From Catajapyx aquilonaris (Eukaryota): a stretch of 38,292 bases of DNA. The stretch spans positions 1 through 38,292 of the forward strand of contig JYFJ02003736.1 in NCBI GenBank assembly GCA_000934665.2, given 5' to 3'. A program made the translations under genes and the position numbers. Below are positions 9,724-21,102 of this stretch, in pieces; position 1 is the first letter of the stretch, and each line of letters begins with the position of its first letter. Below the pieces are notes generated by a model. It was not told the origin of the DNA and made no database searches. It worked only from the letters and a program-made list of their open reading frames with translations.

Positions 9724-10584
9724 ATGGAGACCGGCAATACTGGACCACTAGTTCTCCGTTTCTGCCTTTTAGGAAGCTGCTCATTGTACATGTGTATTAA
9801 AATGTGATTAATAATTTTGGCACATTTCTGCACTGTCAGTTTTAATAATAATCTGCATGAGCCACTCCTGCCCAATTGACCAATGCCCCTAGCAACTTGC
9901 TAGGGTGGGGCACTTGTCTGGTGGTCATTGTTGAGGTTGTTTTTAGTGGGGTGGTAGTAGTTCCTAAGTGTGTGAGACATGTACTATCGGCGCAGATACG
10001 GACACTAGGTGGTAAGCTGACCATTGACAAGTGTCCCCAGCATTTCCACACCTATAGTACTGTGCATCATGCATGCAATCACTCTCGCCTATAGATCTCA
10101 AGCAAAGAAAGGTTTTCTTCACCAGGTTCCACAACACTGTGTCGCAGACCAAAAGGGTTCACGTCCACATTATTTGCCTCATGCACAGTGCTTTATTGCA
10201 TTAAGTGTTTCCCAGAATTCGAAAGGTGCTCGAAGGATTTAGTGGTTGGCGAGTCCATCCCTCCCTGCTTATCACAATAAACACACACAAATGAGCAAGT
10301 TAATCTGAAATTAATTATTAATATTTCAACACTGTTGTCTTTAAAGACAGTTACCGGACATAAAAATACTTTGAAGTCAAATTCAAAGGGAAATAATATT
10401 TTATGTTTGATACAGCACACAGCAATGAAAGAAACATCCCATGAGTGTGGTACGATTTATTCTGCAAGCACTCAACATTACAAATATCAGCAAAAGAAGT
10501 TCTATCTGAAAAATAAAACATACATGACTCGGGAAACTATCCCTTGATCAACAGCAGATTGCTTCGTTCATAACTGAAAATGTA

Positions 10585-10664
10585 CAGTCATGAGAATAAA
10601 GATGTGGATGGTAGATCAGCGTTATTCCTGTGGTCTACCATCCACATCTTTATGCTCACAACTG
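10585..10664. mobile_element. Tc1/mariner-type foldback MITE (~80 bp)
   Basis: TA|CAGTCATGAGAATAAAGATGTGGATGGTAGA ... TCTACCATCCACATCTTTATGCTCACAACTG|TA. Confidence 0.7.
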
Positions 10665-10892
10665 TACATAAGACAACTTAGCAACTATCATCAGCATAAA
10701 ATCTCCCTCCCTCTCTCTCTCTCTCCTCGCCCTGCCACAAAAGAAAGTAAATAAATATAATAAAGTCGTAACTGACATCTTGACCTTAAACCATAGCAGT
10801 TCCTTTCTTCCCAGATGGCGAACGAGGTAAGCATTGCCTTATCAGTAAAGCGACGTCTCCAATTTATCTGTTGTCTCTTAGAGTCTCTCAAT

Positions 10893-13800
10893 CCACAGAC
10901 ACTTGTTATAATGGCCACCTGCAATAACAAAAATTAGTTAGAGTGTTGCCTCAAGGCAAGACATACACATTAGCTTCACTGCATTAAATATGTAGTCTTA
11001 TTTGTTTGGGGTGAAACAACAAAAATCAGTTGTCATCCCAGTGACAAACGAGACACTTTCCTATCCCCATGACTAATAGCCAATTCCTGCAGTAATGTTG
11101 CTGGACTCGGCTAGCGAGACATGGGTGTTCCCACTGTTCTCATCATACACAGCATAACTCGTCTTCTCTGAAAAAACGTAGTGCCAGAGGGGTAATTCCA
11201 TGTGAGATCATATAACTATGTTCACCGGTCATTTTTCTAGAAAATCAAAATTTGTCAATGTCACAGGGGCATATTTTTCAAATCAGGTAACAGCCATAGG
11301 TCACGAAAAATGACAAGGTCAAAAATTGGAAATCTCCCATTTTGATGTTTATAATTACCTGATTATTTATGTAACTATGCGTCCTACATACATGCAAAAA
11401 GTGGCTTTCAAATCTACAAGGTACACCAAATCCACAGATAACCTCCCAAAAAAAATCTACGATTAAAATTACATGTCATTTTGGCAGGTCAACGTGCATG
11501 ACATTTGACCTGACGAGTCGCACAGAGTCTAATTTTATAATACTTTGTCTAAATAATCCACCACTCACATCCCTTCAGTGAGTGCAAGTTTCATTCTTGT
11601 CTTCGTATTAGGGCCCCAGATATAAAATTAATAATGAGGCCGGGTGAGCCTCTTTTACGCTTTTGCACAATATACTAAGTTGCATGACCCTTGACTTGAC
11701 GACCCGCACGGAGTGGAATTGTATGAAAATTTTTGTGAGTAATCTGACACTCATAACCGTACGGTGATGCAAGTTTCATTGATGTCTTTGCATTAGGGTC
11801 AGAGATGTAAAATAAAGAAGTCGGTCGGATGCACCTGGGTCATTCCATGCCGAGACGAACAGGTTGGTGGCTCGACCATTTCAGAATGTATTGTTGTAAC
11901 CCCTCTGGGCTGGCCTCAGTTTATTGACACCAACAACCTCATGGAATGAAGCTGAAAAGCGTGGCTGAGGGGTGAATTTATGCGACTAATTCTTTCTTTT
12001 CCCCCAAAAATGTGCAACACAGTTACCAATATAGCCGCATCTCACCTGACAATCCATTCTTGAGTTGCACATCCAAATGGCAGAAACTCAAGGACTTTCA
12101 TAGGGCCATAGACACTTGGTATAATGGCCACCTGCAATAACAAAAATTAGTTAGAGTGTTGCCACAAGGCAAGACATACACATTAGCTTCACTGCATTAA
12201 ATATGTAGTCTTATTTGTTCAGGGAGAAACAACAAAAATCAGTCGTAATCCCAGTGACAAACAAGACACTTTGCTATCCCCATGACTAAAAGCCAATTCC
12301 TGCAGTAATGTTGCTGGATTTAGCTAGCGAAACATGGGTGTTCCCACTGTTCTCATCATACGCAGCATAACTCGTCTTCTCTGAAAAAACGTAGTGCCAG
12401 CGGGGTAATTCCATGTGAGATCATATAACTATGTTCACCGGTCATTTTTCTAGAAAATCGAAATTTGTCAATGTCACAGGGGCATATTTTTCAAATCAGG
12501 TAACAGCCATAGGTCACGAAAAATGACAAGGTCAAGAATTGGAACTTACCCATTTTGATGTTTATAATTACCCGATTATTTATGTAACTATGCGTCCCAC
12601 ATACATGCAAAAAGTGGCTTTCATATCTACACGGTACACCGAATCCACAGATAACCTCCAAAAAAATTCTACGATTAAAATTACATGTCATTTTGGCAGG
12701 TCAAAGTGCATGACATTTGACCTGACGAGCCGCACAGTGTCTAATTTTATAATACTTTGTCTAAATAATCCACTACTCATATCCCACCAGTGAGTGCAAG
12801 TTTCATTCTTGTCTTCGTATTAGGGCCCCAGATATAAAATTAATAACGAGGCCGGGTGAGCCTCTTTTACGCTTTTGCGCAATATACGAAGTTGCGTGAC
12901 CCTTGACTTGACGACCCGCACGGAGTGAAATTTTATGCAAATTTTTGTGAGTAATCTGACACTCACAACCGTTCGATGATGCGAGTTTCTTTGATGTCTT
13001 CGCATTAGGGTCCGAGTTGTAAAATAGAGAAGGCGGTCGGATGCACCTGGGTCATTCCATGCCGAGACGAACAGGTCGGTGGCTCGACCATTTCAGAATG
13101 TACTAGGAAAACCCTCGCTCCGCTCGCATTTTCCTAGGGCGCTGGCCTAGAAAACCACTCGCTTCGCTCGCTCTTTTTCTAGGCCTGCGGCCTACAGTAC
13201 CAACCATATTTTCAATCGCTTCGGACTTATTACCAGTGATGATGCCAATCATATATCCGCACCCCCCACCCCCACCCGTTCCTCCGTGCATTCACATATC
13301 CGTGATTCCCTATGCCCTGCGACCAATCTGGAATCCCACCTTTGCATTGGCTGGGAAATATGCATTAGCCCACCTCAACACCAGTGTTTAAAAAAACCGA
13401 AATTATTTTACTTTGTTAATAAACGTCCATGGAGTTATTGGCGCCACTGATAATCAACATCCCGACCTTGGCCAATGTTCGATTCGGTTTGTTTACGGCA
13501 CGTTCCATTTCCCCCCTCCTCTCCCCATCCCCTGTTGTGAGGTCACCGTGAAGACGTGGGTGGAGACGTGGGGGAAGGAAGGTGAAGGAGGGTAGAGGGG
13601 TCTTCACGGGAGATGCGAATGATGTGTCCTTGTTGGCGTCCAGCAAGCGACTGTGGCGTTCTTCCACCCATTGCGCATGCTCGGAACGGGGGCCAATCGC
13701 AGGCGTCATGGTAACAATATGTCCAGGGAACAATGAACGGGGGCCAATAGGAAGCGGTGGCGGGAACAATATGGGGGCGGACCAATCAGAGGGCTTATAC

Positions 13801-14050
13801 ATAGTCCGCAAGCATTTTAATATCATAGATTGTTGTAACCCCTCTGGGCTGGCCTCAGTTTATTGACACCAACAACCTCATGGAATGAAGCTGAAAGCGT
13901 GGCTGAGGGGTGAATTTATGCGACTAATTCTTTCTTTCCCCCCAAAAATGTGCAACACAGTTACCAAAATAGCCACATCTCACCTGACAAACCATTGTTG
14001 AGTTGCACATCCAAATGGCAGAAACTCAAGGACTTTCATAGGGCCCATAG
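10893..14050. repeat. Tandem duplication of a ~1.21-kb unit (A 10893-12105; B 12106-14050 including a Helitron)
   Basis: Units are colinear and highly similar from CCA(C/T)AGACACTTG to GGACTTTCATAGGG, with CCA-AG microhomology at the junction. Each unit holds decayed exon fragments and an unclassified repeat (~11190-11890) with ~187-bp internal subrepeats. Confidence 0.95.
13103..13829 (-). mobile_element. Non-autonomous Helitron, 727 bp
   Basis: On the minus strand it begins TCTATGATATTAAAA and ends ...GCGAGCGGAGCGAGGGTTTTCCTAG. It is inserted between A and T with no TSD. The empty site (CAGAATGTA|TTGTTGTAAC) is preserved in duplicate copy A at ~11890. Subterminal hairpins are present. Confidence 0.92.
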
Positions 14051-16700
14051 GATGCAGCTGCGTAAACTGGACGAAGTTGTGAAAATCATCTGAAACATAA
14101 GACATTAATAATTTGGTGAGTGAAGGCTTAGGCCCATGTGATGTTACAAGTGAGCAAAGCATGCTCAAAATTATGTAGCAAAGCAATGTTTGTTCCACTG
14201 TTTACGGCACACTCGCATCCTTGGTGATAATGGAATCGAGTGCTTCCTAACAGAGGTATTTTATATCCCCCTCAGTTCAATTATGAGGCACTGACAACCT
14301 TAAGAAATGAGGCTGTCAGCGTGGCGAAGGGGTCAATTCAACCTTTTGCATGGAGATTTTCCTTACAATTCAAGAAGTTATTCGAAATAATCTCACCAGA
14401 CAAACCAGTCCTAAGTGACACATCCAGCTAGTTGCAACTGAATGCCCATGACCTGTGCAGGAAGGAACCGAATCTGAAGGGTTGCATTGCCTGAAACACA
14501 ACAAACGTTACTTCAAATAATTCCATAACAAGCAAATTTGCTCAATCTAGCAAGTGATGGCTACTCATTTCGGCGTGAAATCCTAACCAGAATGCCATTA
14601 TAATTATGGCAAAGCAGTATTTGTTCCCCTGTTTACGGCACACCCGCATCTTTGGATATACAGGAATCGAGTGCTTCCTAACAGAGGTGTATAATTTTCC
14701 CCTCGGTTGTATCAACTGGCACTGACAACCTCGTGGAATGAGGCTGTGAGCGTGGCTGAGGGGTGACGTCATACAGTAATATTTATGCATGGCTTCTCTC
14801 TTAAAATTTGTCCGTGACTGTTACTTAAGATAGACAAAAAAAATGATCTCACCCAACAAACTATTGCTAAGTCACACATCCAATCAGCTGCAATTGCTCA
14901 TTATCCTTCAGGCAGCAACCACAAATCTGAAGAGTTGGGAAGGATCCATCTCTTGCACCACCTGTATCACAAAAATTATTTATTAAAATTATTACGAGAC
15001 AACAAATATTCCTCCCATCTGGGAGAAATATCTGGTCATAACACCTTCGCAATTGAAGCCACCAATGTGGCACAAATTTGATTCCACTGGTCATATCATT
15101 ACTAAACCCTGTGTTCTCACCTAACCATAACCAAGCTGAAAAATGATGCTTAGTTCACCTTTGAAGTTATATGCACTTCCTTTTCAGAAACGTGAAAGGC
15201 ATTTAAAAAAACATTGAAATGTACACAAAATTAAGTTACAATATACGAGGACCAAACAACATTATCGCAATTATGTCACACAAAAATAAGTTAGCTACAA
15301 CAGTTGAAGTGGATCTTTCTGTTTCGATTCTATACCAGGAAGGGGCACTCAAATTACTAAACGCAATTTAATAGCACATTAATGAGGAACTAATAGGCCC
15401 ACTGTACAATATTGTCTGTCAAAGATCTGTCTTACTGTGCTACTCGGTCAAGACGTACTCAGTGGATGAGCAATCACCTAGTCGTATCGACCAATACCAT
15501 TGCATTCTAATTTCAATTGAGTTGGCATTGTCTCAAATAAAAAGGGAGCTGCTGCTCACCACCGTGAGACTGTGTCCTGAATTTATTGGAAGAGAGCATT
15601 AGAATGGTGACATCTGCATTCTGCACAGTGGCAAAATTACACCCCACCCCAAGCATCTTCAATTTCTCGTCACGGCAAGTGACAATTCCGATACATCCGA
15701 CATGTCCAGTCACGACGAATTAAGGTAATACTCACTTAAAAAATTACTAAGTTATTAAAAACATACTGCAGTGAGTTTTAATTGTTATATCTAGTCCAGA
15801 AATTAGCTGGTTGACATGAAATTGCAGGTTTTTTCACTTTTTTCACCTAATGGGTGAATTAAATTGCATTTCCCTCATATAACTTATTTCCGCTTATTAT
15901 AACATTGATTTGAGTTGCTCACTTGAACAGAGTTATATCGAAGTTTTAATGCACTCTTCCCCAGTCCCCGCATGAAATTCCAGTCCAAATACACGTAACA
16001 TAAGTTACTGCTTAGATCTTGAACTGTACCAGTGCCTCTCTTGCCAAATGGCGAACACTGCAAGCACCGCATTATCAGTAAAGCAATGACTCCAATTTAT
16101 AACGAACAAACCTTGCTAGCGCAATGGATAGCGCTACAGACATCTCCAATTTATCTCCGGTCATTTAGTCTCTCTTGCTTGTTATAATGGCCACCTGCAA
16201 TGAGAAAAATAAGTTAGAGTGTTGCCTCAGGGGGGGCAAAACACACGCATTAGCTTCACTGCATTTGATATAATTATGTAGCCTTATTTGTTCAGGGCGT
16301 AAACAACACAAATCAGTCGTCGTCCCAGCGACAAACAAGACCCTTCGCTATCCCCACGATTAATCCACCAATTCCTGCAGTAGTGTTGCTGGACTTGGCT
16401 AGCGAGACATGGGGTGTTCCCATACGATTCAACACGGCACAACTAGTTGTCTCTCAAAAAATGTTCTGGTGGCAGCGGCATATTATTTCCCCCACCTTGG
16501 ATGCCTTTAAAAAAAAAGTACCCCAAAGCCTGCCTAATAGTTGCCGGGTAATTCCCCAACCGACTTGACATAATTTGATGTGCCATTAAACTCTGAGAGA
16601 TTTTTCAGAACAAAGTTTCACCAGCAACGAAACTTACCTCGACGATCGAAAGCAGCGTGGCCAACGGAAATGGCAAACAAAAATCAAGATGGCGGACGGA
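13830..16700 (-). pseudogene. Decayed multi-exon gene of unknown family with a tandemly repeated two-exon module
   Basis: Three exon pairs: 14961-14853/14755-14637, 14490-14397/14324-14206, 14089-13984/13902-~13830. Lengths fit phases 0-1-0; shared peptide C-x(1,2)-LDV-x-L-x-x-(G/S)L(S/L)|ATL(T/S)ASF-x-x-VV; many third-position differences; several in-frame stops and one dead acceptor. Further exon relics at ~16010-16460 (copies at ~10790-11190 and 12110-12400). A GAG|GTAAGT donor at 16638 lies near a YY1-like CAAGATGGCGG (16685-16695). Confidence 0.55.
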
Positions 16701-16991
16701 ACAGATAATGCGTCACAGTTACCAGGCGGAAAAAGTGACTGAACATCCGACTCTATTTATAAATTAATGTCGATCAACTGCCATGAATTCAAAAGCAACA
16801 AATATTGACAATCTTTCAATCACTAATAATTAATAATGTTCGAGTTAATCACAGGTATAGTGGCAGTAATTAAGCGTTATGCTAATTAGCGGTTATTTGA
16901 AATGGCGGGGAGTTCAAATATTTCATTGGTTGCAGTTTATTATACTTGCACAATTATTTCTCTACATTGCCGATGTACAATCACTGTCAGA

Positions 16992-17121
16992 AGTAAGGTG
17001 GCAGACCTGAAGCTCAAACTAGCCTCCAACAATGATCCACCTCCCTCTTCCTGACTGGTCATGAAGAGGGAGGAGCACCTCTGTTGGAGGCTAGTTTGAG
17101 CTTCAGGTCTGCTACCTTACT
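16992..17121. repeat. Long near-perfect inverted repeat (~130-bp foldback)
   Basis: Outer arms AGTAAGGTGGCAGACCTGAAGCTCAAACTAGCCTCCAACA / TGTTGGAGGCTAGTTTGAGCTTCAGGTCTGCTACCTTACT; inner arms CCTCCCTCTTCCTGAC / GTCATGAAGAGGGAGG. Confidence 0.9.
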
Positions 17122-17301
17122 GGTCGAGTCATGGTTCTAGTATGCTGAAAGAAATATAAATGGAATGGCTCCAGAAAATGTGGTTTGCATCACTCGGGGT
17201 CACATCAAGAGTAGACTAGTGATCGGTGACAGTTCAATCAACTTTATTCGCTTTGCAATGTTGGGTATTTAAAAAAAACCAGAAGGGCACAAATTTCCTC
17301 T

Positions 17302-20300
17302 CTATTCGAGCGCCCAGGGGTCAGGTTCTCTGTCCGCAAGTTCCACCAACGCGGAAGACAATTTCCCTGCCACTTCTTGCAACTGATCCTCTGAGAAGAC
17401 GCTCTGAAGGGCGTACCCTCGGGACATCAGTATGTCGTTCAGCTGGAGGCAGCCGTGGTACTGTCCCGTCTGCTGGAGCAAACTAAGAAGAAGGAAGATG
17501 CACTGGGGTATGCACAGCTTCCTCAGGCCCTCCATCTGCTTTGCCCTCAGCGCTTCTTCCTTCTTCGCAGCCCTTCTCTCCTCCACATCCTCGTCGTCAT
17601 CATTGTCCATGTCCGCATCGTCCTCTACCTGCTCCTTATCTACCAACCATCCGCCCTCGGGAAAGAGCAGGACGTTGTACAGACGGTCCGTCGCGGCCTG
17701 GCTGTGCACTCCAGAAGCCTTGACCCACTTGTCCATCTCCATTGCTACGGATCTTTCCTTATGCTCAAAGGTGATGTGCTCCACCAGAGTCAAGGACCGG
17801 GTGTCCGCTCCGGACGGAATGGATTTGGGCCTCCGCTTGTGGAAGTGCTCAAACCAATCTGAGAATGACTCTTGTGCATCCTGCAGGAAAACAAAGCAAC
17901 ATTATCTACGTGACATGAAAGAGGGAAAAATGGCAACGTACCAGGTAAGCTTGGAAGCAAAGAAACTCCTTGACCGCATTTGAGAGTCTGGGTGGCATAC
18001 GCTCGTTTCCTGCATGTTGTCGCAAAACAAGATCAATTGAATCTAATGGCACTTTAGCAAACGCAGATTTGGCCGCCTCGACCTTCCCCATGCACACGAA
18101 CTGACGCATCAGAGCATTGGCTTGGCACAAGCACTCTCCCCTGTGTTGCGGCACAAAAGTCAGCCAGTCCAAAGCCGCTACTTTGGCCAGATCAGCGCTA
18201 GTTGTCTCCGGTCGCGTGTCACCCTCGGACGGACCAGATGTCCTGAAATATTAGGCTCAAATTAGGTTTCCAGTAAGAGAGTGGAAATATCTCCAAACAC
18301 TATATGACATCCATTAGGCCACACGTTTACATAAGTGATTTGATCAGTAACGAAACCAATTGTTTGGGGCAAAAGTAACAATTACATTTTGCCCCAAACA
18401 ATTGGTTTCATAGCTCAACGATGCTCATCGCTGATCAAATCACTCGTAGGTAAAGGCGGCCTTAAACAGATTAATTATTTCTGCCTCTCACCTAATGGCA
18501 GTCACAAGAGTTTTCGTGATCCTGTCAATTTCGAGACATGCAACCTGCGCTAGTCTCAGAGCCTCACGCATTTCCTCAGCCACCGTAACGCCACTGAGGA
18601 ACTTCACGTACATCCGGACATGTGCCTCAAGTGGCAAATACGCTGAGTAGAATGCCACAAGTTGAGCATTCCCCATCTCGACCAGGTTGTGCACGTAAGC
18701 CTCGACCGTCTGGTCACACGCGCTTGTCGGCAAGTCCGCCCCACAGTGCTGCAAGAACAGGTTCAGATGGGCGAAGAAGCGAGACTGCTGAGGAGTGTGG
18801 CCGTCTTCAGCGGACCATGCTGCCAACTTGAGGGCCAGGTTCGGCTCTTCGCGAAGGATCAAGAGTTTAGCAATGGTGGTATACGGCTGACGAAGCTGAA
18901 GCTGAACCTGAGGAGCCTCCGAAGCTTCAACCTCGCGGAAGACCCGTCCTGGGTTCATATGCTGCGAGTAGTATTTGGCAGGCATGTCGCATACATACTC
19001 ACGAGGCGGATTCATTCGCAAGGCCTCTTCCACTCGAAGGTCGACCATCACCTGTAATACAAACCAATAAAGTGGATGGGCAATGAAATTTGTGCAGTAC
19101 ACACCCTAAAGTGTGCCCACAGCATGTCCTCCCAGGTGGTGCATGGCAGCAACGCAGCAGAGAGGTTTCCACACAGAGTGCCCAACGTTGCTCTCTCGTA
19201 CATCGGCAGCCTTGGGTCCGAGCTGGCTTTCCATGCCATCATCTTCCAGAGCTCACGGTGTGGATTGCCCTCCACTGGCAGGAGAGTGTCTGCCGATTCG
19301 GCATCCTCGCTGTTTAGGTTCGGGTCGTGGTAAGGACGCCAACCTTCCATAGCCGCAGCCCGCCACATCTGGCCGACACGCACACACACCTGCTGTGCCT
19401 CCTCGAGTTGGCCATGCCGCACCAGGAGGAACACATGGCGAAGAAGACGGTCCTCATCCCGCTGGAAAATTGAAAGGGACATTAGCAGCGTTCACAAACA
19501 AGGTTACAACTCACCATGTCCAGATCATGCAACGGCAAGCTCTGTCTGAGCGGTGCGTCCGGATCCACTGATGTGACCATTGGTCTCCCGGTGTCCCTGG
19601 CCATGATGCCCTTCTGCCTCTTCTTCACCTGGAGATTGAGCAGTGTGTTTTCCCAGGCTATGCTCCTGTCCTGGAAATACTCCACCCGCTCGCGGTCTTC
19701 AGGCCCGCTCAAATCCCTTGCGCTCCTCTCCAGCCAGTCGACCAAAATCTGCCACTGGCGCGTGATCGGATCCTGCTGGTACAGCATCTTCGTCACTTCC
19801 TTCTCGGTGGGTGGTGCGCCGCTTGGCCTGGTCCCAGTGTCTTCCAATGCCGGGATGACATCTGTGGCTAACGAGTCTTCAGTGTACGATATGGCGTCCT
19901 GGTAGTACGACCGGATCAACCGCCATATCTTCAGCTCCTCCTGAATACCGGTTTTGACCTCGACCAAACTAGTGTGCTTGGAATGATGCGACGGGATTTT
20001 GGCCAGCAGCGAGTTCAGGTAGGTCACGAGGTTCCAGCACAGTTGCTCGAACTCATGGACAAGATCAAACAACTCATGGCTGCTTGGGTTTGACTGCACG
20101 GCCGTCATGAAGTCCTCGTACAGGGACTCTGTAACGCGCTGGTTCAGATCATCATCGCAAGTGAGGCTCACGATGCTCTCGCGCTGGAGAAGCGAATCCA
20201 CCGTGGCCGGTATGGGGCTCTCCATGCCGACTGGAAATGAACAGGATTAATGCGGTACAACTGAGGCACGCCCCACGTTTTACTTACACTGCGGGAAACT

Positions 20301-20570
20301 GGTCCTGAGATTCCTTCCCTCCAGGATGGTGGTGGAGGAGTGTGGCGCCTGCTCCGTGATCACGGCCAAGGACCTCTCGATCTGCCTCCCCGCCACCGTG
20401 GCCCCTCCGTTGCCCCCAGTCCTCCAAGGCGTCGGGCCAGCCCTTCCGAGCCCTTCATCTTCAGCCGTGGTGCCCAGCAGCATCCAAGGGTCAGCCGTTG
20501 CCGGTCCACCGCCTCCATCGTCCTCGTCCTCCGAGTCACCCCAACCCGCTGTCTGAGGCTCGCCCCACAT
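17302..20570 (-). CDS. Nup107: Nuclear pore complex protein Nup107 (~931 aa)
   Basis: Exons 20570-20288, 20230-19515, 19461-19105, 19051-18492, 18242-17942, 17880-17302 (2796 nt, all GT-AG, phases consistent). Hallmarks: QILVDWLE, WENTL, VTSVDPDAPLRQ..LHDLD, GQMWRAAAMEGWRPYHDPN, VEGNPHRELWK, NVLLFPEGGWL, LRKLCIP. AATAAA on the minus strand at 17243-17248. The exact start is uncertain (possible extra 5' exon). Confidence 0.93.
18317..18461. mobile_element. PIF/Harbinger-type MITE in a Nup107 intron
   Basis: TTA|GGCCACACGTTTAC...GTAAAGGCGGCC|TTA (3-bp TTA TSD), with internal inverted arms GAAACCAATTGTTTGGGGCAAAA / TTTTGCCCCAAACAATTGGTTTC. Confidence 0.75.
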
Positions 20571-20680
20571 CACTCCCTCCCAATTAAAACAACTCCTTAT
20601 CGCACTGCACTAATTAGAAGCAATTAAAAGAAGAACAATGCAACGTGCTGTACCGGCTTTCCGTTGAATCTCCAGGTGGT

Positions 20681-20853
20681 GCGTTCGTACACCGCTGTTG
20701 TGACATCACGGATTGTACGCACCTGGAGCTGCATGTCGTGACGTCACAGCAAAACTGTACGAACGCAGCCACTGCACGCGTTCGAACAGTGCTGTTTTGA
20801 CGTCACGGCTTGTACTGCAGGGTGCGTTCGAACAGTGGCATTGTGACGTTACG
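20681..20853. promoter_or_regulatory. Four copies of composite motif GCGTTCGWACA-N9-TGACGTCA (CRE-like) between divergent Nup107 and RACK1
   Basis: Copies start at 20681(+), 20766(-), 20778(+) and 20824(+). CRE-like cores at 20701, 20739, 20798 and 20844. Spacing is identical while spacer sequence varies. Confidence 0.6.
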
Positions 20854-21102
20854 GCTCGTAGTTAACAACAAATGCAATTAACTTTAAACCCAAAATGGAA
20901 CTTAATAAATTACGCAGTGGATTGCAATAAAATTCCAGTTTCGATCGGGGCTTGTCCCGGTGTCCGACCCCGGCCCAATCCGGCAACGTGTCCGGCCGCG
21001 GCCATGTTGGATCTTGGCGTGTGAAGAGAGGAGGAGAAGGCTTCGTGTGTCTAGAAGAGAAGATATCCCTTCGGATCGAGGAGACCACCCGACCATCCGG
21101 CC

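Noticed and set aside
13984..14961. Multiple in-frame TGA codons suggesting a selenoprotein or readthrough
   Set aside because: TAG and TAA stops, a mutated acceptor and transposon truncation also occur; ordinary pseudogene decay (e.g. CGA to TGA) explains it better.
14542..15094. Cystine-knot (PDGF/VEGF- or Spaetzle-like) reading from CGCC and GCQC motifs in ORFs 14867-15094 and 14542-14790
   Set aside because: Synonymous-change patterns and exon phases support a different reading frame, so these Cys motifs are off-frame.
20681..20860. CRISPR-like or other prokaryotic repeat array
   Set aside because: Eukaryotic context, mixed orientation, irregular period and no cas genes; the 25-bp repeat at 32587 likewise has no spacers.
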